IMG/VR virus record: IMGVR_UViG_3300045988_150343
Direction: 5' to 3' (one strand)
Source of the DNA: a virus
DNA: 64,000 nt
Below are positions 9,584-16,881 of this stretch, piece by piece. The number at the start of each line of letters is the position of its first letter. Position 1 is the first letter of the stretch. The notes beneath the pieces are model-generated. The model had not been told where the DNA came from and searched no databases. It worked only from the letters and a program-made list of their open reading frames with translations. The translations under genes were made by a program, and so were the position numbers.

Positions 9584-10288
9584 TTAAAAGTTATAAGTTA
9601 TTCGGATTGTGGCATCCATCCCGGGTTTTGATTGCCACCGAGGATAATAAAAGCCACTTAATCCGAGGTTATAATTGAGGGATTTAGTCTTGAAAGATAT
9701 TCCGACTTCCAAATCCCAAAGATTATGTATAGGCCGATAAGAGAATGAGGTATAGGGGGCTAGTTTTATCCGTTTTACCAAAGGTAAACGTTTAGCGGTT
9801 AATTTCCCATCAACCCATACGTAATGATATTCATCGGGTTTTATTTTGAAGTCTGCTGAGTGTATACCCAGACTAGAGTTCTTGAAGGTGAATGTAAACT
9901 GGTTTTTGTTAAGGTCAACCCCTATAAGAGAGTCCCTAGTGGAGATGCCGGAGAAGGAGTCTGCCTCTGCAATACGAATATCCGAACTCTCCGTTAGGGA
10001 CTTACTCTCTGTGGGGTGAATAACCCGGAAGGGTTTAACTTCTGAAGGTAAGGGTTGTGGTTTCCTTAATTTTGCCGAGTCCTGATAGAGAGTATCCGTT
10101 TTGGTAAAAGGATGATCCCTTAGGAAGGCAAGTTGATTTTCTGAAGTATCAAGCTCTTCCGATAACAACCGATTGTCATTTTGAAGTTTACATGTCTTTA
10201 TAGTCACCCCGGTAATTACTATCACCAAAAGGACTAGGAGGATATCCTTGATTTTATGTTTCATCGTTTCGTGTATATACGCGCCCAT
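9584..10288 (-). CDS. Membrane-anchored protein with an OMP-like C-terminus
   Basis: N-terminal hydrophobic anchor ILLVLLVIVITGVTI (alternative start at 10264, MKHKIKD). Beta-rich C-terminal half ending ...ATIRITYNF, with a terminal aromatic residue as in outer-membrane beta-barrel signatures. Confidence 0.5.
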   Translation of the reverse strand: MGAYIHETMKHKIKDILLVLLVIVITGVTIKTCKLQNDNRLLSEELDTSENQLAFLRDHPFTKTDTLYQDSAKLRKPQPLPSEVKPFRVIHPTESKSLTESSDIRIAEADSFSGISTRDSLIGVDLNKNQFTFTFKNSSLGIHSADFKIKPDEYHYVWVDGKLTAKRLPLVKRIKLAPYTSFSYRPIHNLWDLEVGISFKTKSLNYNLGLSGFYYPRWQSKPGMDATIRITYNF

Positions 10289-10521
10289 GCGTTTAGACTA
10301 AGACTAAGTCTCTAAAAGAAAGAATATTACTCTTAGATTGGTAATTACCGAGTGTAACGAGGTATATTACCAATCTATTACCTCCGAAGGAGGTAATTCT
10401 TAATTTAGCATAGCCACCTTGTAATTACTAATTTGTAGTATATAGGTATACTTAACAATATAAGCTAAAGCTTAATAACAGTCTTTCCTAGTAAAAACTT
10501 GTAAGGCATAGTTCGACATTG

Positions 10522-11526
10522 TTATTTTAGCTTTAAAAGATGACCTCTTAGACAATCTTTGAACCAGAGACCAACTTCGCATACTGAACCCTTAGCAAGA
10601 GTATATCTAGCTTTGTTAAGTGTAGCGAGATAGTTATTACGATCGATGAACAGTTTGAAGTCAGCAGGGAATCCCATAATGGCTTTTATATCCTCTATAC
10701 CTAATGGCCACCCATCTGGCCTAAATTGACGGTCAGAAGGACGAACGGTTAAAGGGTATTGGTCTCCCTTAAGCCTATACACTCCGGGAAGGGATTTCAT
10801 CTTAGCTGTCTTGATAGGCCATTTGTATTCATTTTGGAAGTCTCCTCTCCAGAGTTTACAGATCTGTCTGATAGTGAGATTATCCTTCTTAGGAAGTTCT
10901 CGATAGTCGTACATGGCTACCTTTTTCTTCTTAGGGATATTATAATTCTCTGCCTCATTGTAAGGGTGTAGGAGTTCGTATACCTTCTTTACTTGAGCAA
11001 CCTTGAATACTCTCCTGAAAGCTCTCCTCAGGCTTTCAGATTGGTCTTTACGTACTCCTACAATGATAGAACGACATCTTGACTTTTGGGAATTTCCAAA
11101 ATCCATCACTGATACCGTGTGTATAGTGAGAACATAATCCGGGAAATTCTTATCCCAAAAATCCTTATTAAGGATGGATACCAATCTCGGAAGGTTCTCT
11201 ATCAGGAAAACTTTGGGTTTATAAAGATTAATGCTAGAAAGGACTAAGTTAATACTCTTGTTATCTTTTGGGTTTCCCAATTCTTTAGTCTTAGAGAGAC
11301 GCATTATACTACTAGCGCCACAGTCTGGACTCCCTACAATGACATCTGGTTCCCAACTTGGGTCTAATCCCTCTCTGAGAAAAGGCACGTCACCAAAATT
11401 GAACTTCCAGGTGGGGTTCCCAGGATAGTGGAATACCACTCTTGGCTCAACATTAGCAATAATTACCTGATCTCTAAACGGGAGAAGTAAAGCTCCACCT
11501 CCCGCACATACTCCAAGTATCTTCAT
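10522..11526 (-). CDS. DNA (cytosine-5)-methyltransferase-like protein
   Basis: Motif I ILGVCAGGGA, motif IV-like VGSPDCGASS (PDC instead of the canonical PPC/PCQ), motif VI FLIENLPRL, and motif VIII-like NSQKSRCRSII. Confidence 0.6.
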   Translation of the reverse strand: MKILGVCAGGGALLLPFRDQVIIANVEPRVVFHYPGNPTWKFNFGDVPFLREGLDPSWEPDVIVGSPDCGASSIMRLSKTKELGNPKDNKSINLVLSSINLYKPKVFLIENLPRLVSILNKDFWDKNFPDYVLTIHTVSVMDFGNSQKSRCRSIIVGVRKDQSESLRRAFRRVFKVAQVKKVYELLHPYNEAENYNIPKKKKVAMYDYRELPKKDNLTIRQICKLWRGDFQNEYKWPIKTAKMKSLPGVYRLKGDQYPLTVRPSDRQFRPDGWPLGIEDIKAIMGFPADFKLFIDRNNYLATLNKARYTLAKGSVCEVGLWFKDCLRGHLLKLK

Positions 11527-11528
11527 GA

Positions 11529-12128
11529 TTAGTTATTATAACCTCGGTTTACGTACTTTTTATGAGCTACAGCCAGTTTAGTGTCATACTTGTTTTGCTT
11601 ATAACCTGGCCCATTATAGGCTTTAGCAAAAGCTGCCCAGTCTTTTTTTCGAAGGGCGTTTATGCAAGCAGGGGAGTTCTTGAGGAAGTTCATCCACAAT
11701 CTGACCTGTTCTTCTTTAGATTTGCTCATCCTTTGAACAAATTCTGCTACCGAAGAGCAATCACAAAGAGCAAAATTAAAACCCATAATCTGCCCAATTC
11801 CCCATGAAGCACACATATCGGCGATAATGGGGTCTACTGAACGAGCTAATGTTAGTCTTTCCCACTCTCTACTCCCACCAAAATACTTGGTCTTATCCCA
11901 TTTTGGGTAGCATATATTAGGGAAACGAGAAGCTACCTGTTTTGCGAAGGCTTCTGACTTAGATTCCTTCAGTTTCTTGTAAAATTGGTGACCTTCAAAG
12001 AGAATTTGAGGTTTGCCGGATAGGAATCCTCCTCGACCTCCAGATTCTACTTCTTCGATTGCTTTAAGAGCGGCTGGTTCACATCCAAGATGTTGTCCAA
12101 GTTGTTTGAAAAATTCTTTGTCTTCCAT
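11529..12128 (-). CDS. Endolysin, N-acetylmuramidase (DUF3380/Muramidase family)
   Basis: EPAALKAIEEVESGGRGGFLSGKPQILFEGHQFYKKL matches the hallmark N-terminal block of this lysin family (..AVxEVESxGxGF...P.ILFErH.F..). Confidence 0.85.
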   Translation of the reverse strand: MEDKEFFKQLGQHLGCEPAALKAIEEVESGGRGGFLSGKPQILFEGHQFYKKLKESKSEAFAKQVASRFPNICYPKWDKTKYFGGSREWERLTLARSVDPIIADMCASWGIGQIMGFNFALCDCSSVAEFVQRMSKSKEEQVRLWMNFLKNSPACINALRKKDWAAFAKAYNGPGYKQNKYDTKLAVAHKKYVNRGYNN

Positions 12129-12188
12129 ATCTATATCATTTTAGAGGTTAGATATGTATTAGCTACTAGAGTATTGCACCCATCCCAT

Positions 12189-12236
12189 ACCAGCTCTACT
12201 AAAATTTGGATATATAAAACAAAATGCGTATATTTG
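12189..12236 (+). promoter_or_regulatory. Bacteroidota-type promoter with upstream ACCAGCTCT element (drives the plus-strand operon 12270-14296)
   Basis: ACCAGCTCT at 12189-12197, TTTG at 12205-12208, a 20-nt spacer, and TAtaTTTG at 12229-12236. A 31-nt stretch (ACCAGCTCTACTAAAATTTGGATATAT plus 4 flanking nt) is identical to 56687-56717. Confidence 0.7.
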
Positions 12237-12269
12237 CAGTGTAAATAATTAAAACAATAAAATAAAATT

Positions 12270-12686
12270 ATGCCAAAACGAAAAATCAAAACCAAAGTTA
12301 AAAAGCTCAAGGTTATCAACGTAACACCCACCTATTCAGTGGGCCAAGAGTTAATTTACTCAGATGAGAAATCCATAATGGAGAAAACTTCTATTGCCCA
12401 AGTTAAAGAGACGGGGTACCTCCTCTCTAATGGTATAATGGTCAACTTTGACCTTATCCGAATAGATTATTGGGCATACCCAGGACATTGCATTCTGGCT
12501 GATAAAGAAGGCTTAGAGAAGTATCAGGCATACTCTGCTCAGCAAAAAGCCTTAAAAAGCCTGGCTAAACTTGAGAAAATATTATCTAAAATGGACAAGA
12601 TGAACCTCACTCTAGAGGATGCCCAGGTAATCAATCTAGCAAATGAATTACTTAACAAAATAAACACAGCAATTAACAATGATTAA
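12270..12686 (+). CDS. Hypothetical protein (first gene of the plus-strand accessory operon)
   Basis: Plus-strand ORF 34 nt after the promoter -7 box. No motif recognised. Confidence 0.55.
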   Translation: MPKRKIKTKVKKLKVINVTPTYSVGQELIYSDEKSIMEKTSIAQVKETGYLLSNGIMVNFDLIRIDYWAYPGHCILADKEGLEKYQAYSAQQKALKSLAKLEKILSKMDKMNLTLEDAQVINLANELLNKINTAINND

Positions 12687-12870
12687 AACTCTAGCGGTAA
12701 TTTATGCTATTACCTTAATCCCCACAGTAATAGCCCTCTTGGCTTGGCCAGAGGCTAATAAAGAAGTACTTGAAGGCCGATTAGGTAAATTGGGATTTTT
12801 CCTTTCAGCCTGGATGGCATCACCCGTCATTCTCCTTTATATGCTAATCACTAAAATCCTAAGACGATGA
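12679..12870 (+). CDS. Small two-TM membrane protein
   Basis: A 63-aa ORF with two hydrophobic segments (LAVIYAITLIPTVIALLAW and LGFFLSAWMASPVILLYMLI). Its start and stop overlap the neighbouring genes. Confidence 0.5.
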   Translation: MIKTLAVIYAITLIPTVIALLAWPEANKEVLEGRLGKLGFFLSAWMASPVILLYMLITKILRR

Positions 12871-13292
12871 AACCTTTCACCGACTTGGTTCACGACGCAA
12901 TGTTCCCCTCAACTCGCATCTATCGGGATGCTGAGGGGAATTACGCCGGGAGCTCTACCGATATTACCCCAATAATACTTCTGATGGCCAGGTGTTGGGG
13001 ATTGGCCATCTTCCTATTTTATATCCTGACTCCTCTCTTGGCACCTGTATATTATGGGTTTGCCCATTGGTTCTGTCATAAGTATGATGCCTACTTCATG
13101 AAAGAAGACCCTAAAGGATGGCCAATGGATAAAGCCAGAATCCTTAAGGATTTCAGGAACATATTCTGGGGATGGATTATATTTATGGGAGTGGGATTAG
13201 CCACTAACTTTGGGGCTAATAGAACCTATGCCCCCTATTATACTCAACCCTCCGTATCTTCTGCTCAATATGTAAGAGAACACGGAAAGTAA
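12867..13292 (+). CDS. Multi-pass membrane protein
   Basis: Hydrophobic segments IILLMARCWGLAIFLFYILTPLLAPVYYGF and IFWGWIIFMGVGLATNF. ATGA overlap with the upstream gene. Confidence 0.5.
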   Translation: MKPFTDLVHDAMFPSTRIYRDAEGNYAGSSTDITPIILLMARCWGLAIFLFYILTPLLAPVYYGFAHWFCHKYDAYFMKEDPKGWPMDKARILKDFRNIFWGWIIFMGVGLATNFGANRTYAPYYTQPSVSSAQYVREHGK

Positions 13293-13325
13293 ATTGATTT
13301 TAGTAACTTATTTATCATTTAGATT

Positions 13326-13937
13326 ATGGACAAACAACCAAAGCCGATTATCGGCACACACAATTCAATGACATTCCTACGACCTGCAAAGTGGTACGGA
13401 TGGTTTATGATACCTTTCGCTCGTTGTCAAAATAAGGATATAGAGCAACAATGGGAAGCAGGGGCAAGAGTTTTTGATTTGAGGGTTAAGTTTGATAGGT
13501 ATGGACATTCATATTTCGCCCATGGCCTATACGACTGCTCATCTCGCTTCACACTGAATGACGCATTGACTTTAATCGAGCGCCTCCACCTTTACCACAT
13601 CCACTTTTACCACAAAGAAGAGGTATATGTACGTTTGATTCTTGAAGATACAAAGAATGAGAATTACCAAGCAGAGTATTTCCGCAAAGCCTGCAAACGT
13701 ATTGAAAAAGAGTTTGAGCACATTCACTTCTTCGGTGGCAATCGCAAGGGCAATTGGACGAAGCTCTACGTCTTCAAGGAAGATGTCCCCGATTCGCTCA
13801 ACAACCAATGGGTATCATCAATGGCGGATGATGCTCGATGGTATGAGAAGTTCCTACCGTTTACTTATGCACTGAGATGCAATAAGCGCAACAAAGCGAA
13901 GGTGAAACCAAAGTTTAATTTATTTGATTTTATATAA
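13326..13937 (+). CDS. PI-PLC X-domain-like phosphodiesterase
   Basis: IIGTHNSMTF ... QQWEAGARVFDLRV ... YFAHGLY ... VYVRLILED parallels Bacillus PI-PLC IPGTHDSGTF ... QMDHGARIFDIRG ... VLHHGPLY ... IIMSLKKE, including both catalytic His positions and the Arg-Asp pair (alignment from memory). Confidence 0.6.
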   Translation: MDKQPKPIIGTHNSMTFLRPAKWYGWFMIPFARCQNKDIEQQWEAGARVFDLRVKFDRYGHSYFAHGLYDCSSRFTLNDALTLIERLHLYHIHFYHKEEVYVRLILEDTKNENYQAEYFRKACKRIEKEFEHIHFFGGNRKGNWTKLYVFKEDVPDSLNNQWVSSMADDARWYEKFLPFTYALRCNKRNKAKVKPKFNLFDFI

Positions 13938-13942
13938 TAGGT

Positions 13943-14296
13943 ATGGGTTATCCGGATAGATTAATGGCCTGGGTTAGGGCAGGCGATATTGGCTTTGAGT
14001 TAAGGTTTAAAAAGACTCCCAATTTATTTGAGGAGGGGTGTTATACCCTATATTATATTAGTACGGTTATGTTGCCTAAATCCCTGATGATGGTTATACC
14101 CTATGCTGTATACCGTGAGGGTTCTATTATCATCTCTCAAGATGATAAACAGAGTCATGTACTCAAGATGGGTTATGAGATAGAGGTAAAGGAAGTATTA
14201 GATAAGGTCGATGGTAAGGTTAAGTATTATGGGAAGATCCCTAATGGGGATTCCTGGATATTGCCTCTTAAGGCTATACCTGCTAATATAAGGTAA
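13943..14296 (+). CDS. Hypothetical protein (last gene of the plus-strand operon)
   Basis: Plus-strand ORF followed by the hairpin 14322..14347. No motif recognised. Confidence 0.5.
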   Translation: MGYPDRLMAWVRAGDIGFELRFKKTPNLFEEGCYTLYYISTVMLPKSLMMVIPYAVYREGSIIISQDDKQSHVLKMGYEIEVKEVLDKVDGKVKYYGKIPNGDSWILPLKAIPANIR

Positions 14297-14321
14297 CTTA
14301 GATTGCTTTAGGTTTTGGTTT

Positions 14322-14347
14322 GGGCCTCTTGGGAAACTAGGAGGCCC
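14322..14347 (+). terminator. Hairpin after the plus-strand operon
   Basis: GGGCCTC (14322-14328) pairs with GAGGCCC (14341-14347), with a 12-nt loop, 26 nt after the stop at 14296. Confidence 0.45.
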
Positions 14348-14473
14348 TTATCGTGTGTGTAAAGGGGGTTGTAAGTAAAATTTTTGGGGTTTTCAGGGGG
14401 AGCCATTAATGTATACGTGGGAGGCCGGGGTACTGGGAGGGGGGCACGGTTTAAATAGACAAAAAAAGACATA

Positions 14474-14520
14474 AAAAAAGTAAGGGACATTGATATTTTT
14501 TTAAAATCCCTTACTTTTTT
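14474..14520. terminator. Long A/T-flanked hairpin (possible bidirectional terminator) at the left edge of the AT-rich island
   Basis: AAAAAAGTAAGGGA (14474-14487) pairs perfectly with TCCCTTACTTTTTT (14507-14520). It lies between the convergent plus operon and the minus-strand gene 14531..14722. Confidence 0.6.
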
Positions 14521-14530
14521 AAAAAAGTTT

Positions 14531-14722
14531 TTAATAAATTTTATCCTCTATTTCATCACACATAATTTCAAAATAATTATAAATTACTTTTTTTGTTAAC
14601 TCCCTTTCTTTAGGAGTGTCGTCTATTTCATACGGGTAGAACATCAACAAAAGAAGTTTAATGATGATTTTATTTAATATTAAAAATTGAAGTCTTCTGA
14701 TTTTACTTTTTAACCTTTTCAT
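14531..14722 (-). CDS. Small hypothetical protein in the AT-rich island
   Basis: A 63-aa ORF rich in Lys/Ile/Leu in a ~20-25% GC segment. Co-directional with 14736..15170. Confidence 0.4.
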   Translation of the reverse strand: MKRLKSKIRRLQFLILNKIIIKLLLLMFYPYEIDDTPKERELTKKVIYNYFEIMCDEIEDKIY

Positions 14723-14735
14723 TTTTATTCCTTTT

Positions 14736-15170
14736 TTATTTATTCTTTTTTGTGGTTTTTTGTTCCTCTAATAAAGTTTTAATTTCCGGCAAACATTTTG
14801 AAATGATTTCTTGGCTTTCCGGTTTTAATTTTCCATTTGTGACGGACTGCAAAGTATAGTCGTTTACTATATAAAATTCACTATAAAATTTCGCAAACTG
14901 AATAGCAAATTTTTTCTTTTGCTCGTTTGTTTTTTGATTTAGGAACATTTCACAAACTTCTAAAAGCATAGTTCTTAAGACTTTTCGTGCCTTTTTTGCA
15001 GTGGTTTCGTATTTTGACGGAATGATAATGCCGTTTTCAACATTTTGCGGAAACTGGTCTACCATAAATTTATCAAAAGTTTCTTTTTTGTAAACGCTAC
15101 CCGTAGAAGTCACATTTACTTTTTCAAGTCCATCAACACCGAAAAATTGATTAATGATTGAATTTTTCAT
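14736..15170 (-). CDS. Hypothetical protein in the AT-rich island
   Basis: A 144-aa ORF preceded by its own TTTG-19 nt-TAtcTTTG promoter. Its composition is very different from the flanking phage genes. No motif recognised. Confidence 0.55.
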   Translation of the reverse strand: MKNSIINQFFGVDGLEKVNVTSTGSVYKKETFDKFMVDQFPQNVENGIIIPSKYETTAKKARKVLRTMLLEVCEMFLNQKTNEQKKKFAIQFAKFYSEFYIVNDYTLQSVTNGKLKPESQEIISKCLPEIKTLLEEQKTTKKNK

Positions 15171-15248
15171 AATTAAAACATTTTTAAAAATTAATAATAA
15201 AATGATAAATACTTATGTGATTTCGGGAACTCTTTCCCTTTCACACCA

Positions 15249-15279
15249 CAAAGATACATCAAACTTTTTACATACCAAA
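15249..15279 (-). promoter_or_regulatory. Bacteroidota-type promoter for 14736..15170
   Basis: On the minus strand: TTTG (15279-15276), a 19-nt spacer, and TAtcTTTG (15256-15249). Confidence 0.55.
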
Positions 15280-15670
15280 TATTTTTGAGAATTTTTTTTT
15301 ATGTTATAAAACATATTTTTTTTAGATTAAATTTTTGCGGAAATATTTGGAAAATTAAAATATTTTATTATAGAAAAATTTTTTAAGATTTTTATGTTAA
15401 ATTTTAAAAATTTTTAAAATTCCCCAATTTGGGCAGGTATGAAGTTCCGGGGTAGGCTTGATAGCTATAATAGATTACGGGTATGATGGGTATAAGGCTG
15501 GTAGGTATGATGCAATGGGGTAAGTGCCTAAGGGGCCAAAATTCCGGTAAAAATTGGGCAAAAGCTTCCGGTAAGTTTCGGCAATAGTTAGGCCGATTTC
15601 CGGCAGTAGCTAGTGGGGAATAAGTAATTACTCGTATAGTAACTAGGGTAGGTAAGTAAGATATGCTACA

Positions 15671-15696
15671 GGGTTAGCGAAACTGGGTTAGCGATA
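15671..15696. repeat. Tandem GGGTTAGCGA x2; ACTGGGTTAGCGATA is repeated exactly at 17702-17716
   Basis: GGGTTAGCGA at 15671-15680 and 15685-15694. The 15-mer ACTGGGTTAGCGATA at 15682-15696 recurs at 17702-17716 in the second ORF-free spacer. Confidence 0.8.
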
Positions 15697-15732
15697 GCCC
15701 CTTTAGGCCTGTATGGGGTATGCCACAGAGAA

Positions 15733-15758
15733 AAGCCCAGACGGTTAGGCCTGGGCTT
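15733..15758 (-). terminator. Hairpin after 15778..16074
   Basis: AAGCCCAG (15733-15740) pairs with CTGGGCTT (15751-15758), 20 nt downstream of the minus-strand stop. Confidence 0.55.
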
Positions 15759-15777
15759 GATAGGTAGGGTATGTATT

Positions 15778-16074
15778 TTAATCTAGGGGAATACAAGATA
15801 TCTGGGCCTCATAAATGTCGATATGAGGGAAGCGATGTATGGGTTCCCGAGTTAGGATCTCCTGGTATTCAGGGGTTTCGAAAATCGGATCCTGGTCTAC
15901 GTAGCAGATGAGGCTCTCGTCTTCGTCATAGATAAACCTTTCGTTAGGAGTACCGGTAGTATAGTGATTAAGAGAAGGGAGGTTATTAATCTGGTCGGTC
16001 TCTGCCTGGGTCCAAGTATCAAGGGAGGAGTCCTGAAGGAGAGAGGAAAGGATTTGCATATTAGTCTGTGCCAT
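15778..16074 (-). CDS. Small hypothetical early protein
   Basis: A 98-aa minus-strand ORF followed by a hairpin. No motif recognised. Confidence 0.5.
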   Translation of the reverse strand: MAQTNMQILSSLLQDSSLDTWTQAETDQINNLPSLNHYTTGTPNERFIYDEDESLICYVDQDPIFETPEYQEILTREPIHRFPHIDIYEAQISCIPLD

Positions 16075-16087
16075 AGTTGGAAAGTTT

Positions 16088-16618
16088 TTAAAGGTTTATA
16101 AAAGGGTGGAGAGCTTCTCTGATTTCTTCTGGAGTATCAAGGAAGACTTGTAGGGGATTTTCGGGATCTTCGCTATACAAGGTCTTGATCAATGCCTTGA
16201 TAGAGGGATCTTCGCTATACCATTCCTTGATAGTAGGGTTCTCTGTTATTTGTTTCCAGGCCTTTTGGTAATCCTCTAGGGATTTCTGGTATGCCAGTTG
16301 GAGATACTGATTGAAGAGGTCGGGTAAATAATCATAGTAGTCGTCATCGCCGATGTAATTGTATTTGGTAAACCGTTGGATCAACTGATCGATGGTTTCC
16401 CAGGCCTTCTCTAGGTTTATGGGTTCGGTAGTGAGCCATACTGAATCGTAGTTACTTCGGGGAGTTTCGTAACCTTCCTGAACGAGAGTGAGGTTAGGGA
16501 GAATGAGATAATTTCCAGTAGTGGAAAGAATGTAAGTTTTGGTTTCTTGGGTTTTCATATCTGTAAGTTTTAGAACTTTTTTGATACCTGTAAGTTTTAG
16601 AGCTTTTTGGGTTTCCAT
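16088..16618 (-). CDS. Hypothetical early protein (start ambiguous: 16618 or 16558)
   Basis: The N-terminus METQKALKLTGIKKVLKLTDMKTQETK is encoded by three tandem copies of the leader motif CTAAAACTTACAG(A/G)TAT. The second ATG (16558) may be the real start. Confidence 0.55.
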   Translation of the reverse strand: METQKALKLTGIKKVLKLTDMKTQETKTYILSTTGNYLILPNLTLVQEGYETPRSNYDSVWLTTEPINLEKAWETIDQLIQRFTKYNYIGDDDYYDYLPDLFNQYLQLAYQKSLEDYQKAWKQITENPTIKEWYSEDPSIKALIKTLYSEDPENPLQVFLDTPEEIREALHPFINL

Positions 16619-16633
16619 ATCTGTAAGTTTTAG
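16556..16633 (-). repeat. Tandem copies of the leader/start motif CTAAAACTTACAG(A/G)TAT(G)
   Basis: The plus-strand sequence ctgtaagttttag occurs at 16561-16573, 16588-16600 and 16621-16633, and again at 16867-16879. Three of the four copies are preceded by catat, which is the reverse complement of an ATG start context. Confidence 0.85.
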
Positions 16634-16636
16634 TAG

Positions 16637-16864
16637 TTAGTAAATGTAGATGGGTAATTGGAGATCCGAGTAATCTAGAAAGCATTCAAGGTCTAGGGGA
16701 TCGAGTTCTTCGGGATCTCCGAAGCCGAGTTGCCAGGTAGCATCTTTGGGATTAATATGAATGTAGGTTGCTCGGGAGATTTCTTCTGGAGTGTATTCCT
16801 TGAAGGCAGAAATGGGGATTTCTATTTCCAGGTTAATGAGACGGGTAAGTTCTGTAGTATTCAT
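16637..16864 (-). CDS. Small early protein, paralogue of 16882..17166
   Basis: Shares ATY(I/L)(H/F)INP(K/D)DA...(F)G...EL.P....LPIYIY-stop with the neighbouring gene. The 3' ends and downstream leaders are also near-identical at the DNA level (gttagtaaatgta[g/t]atggg). Confidence 0.6.
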   Translation of the reverse strand: MNTTELTRLINLEIEIPISAFKEYTPEEISRATYIHINPKDATWQLGFGDPEELDPLDLECFLDYSDLQLPIYIY

Positions 16865-16881
16865 ATCTGTAAGTTTTAGAG

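Noticed and set aside
10289-10521. Possible riboswitch or ncRNA in the 233-bp gap after the MTase-like gene
   Set aside because: The only structure I can see is two adjacent perfect hairpins (10334..10377 and 10378..10396), consistent with tandem terminators. I recognised no conserved riboswitch core.
12131-12331. 66-aa minus-strand ORF
   Set aside because: It covers the divergent promoter cassette and the 5' end of the plus-strand gene 12270..12686, and its peptide is a hydrophobic artefact of AT-rich DNA.
14308-14490. 60-aa minus-strand Pro-rich ORF, and 18140..18361 (+) in the other spacer
   Set aside because: They are short ORFs in G-rich spacers with low-complexity products and no start context. 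I treat them as non-coding.
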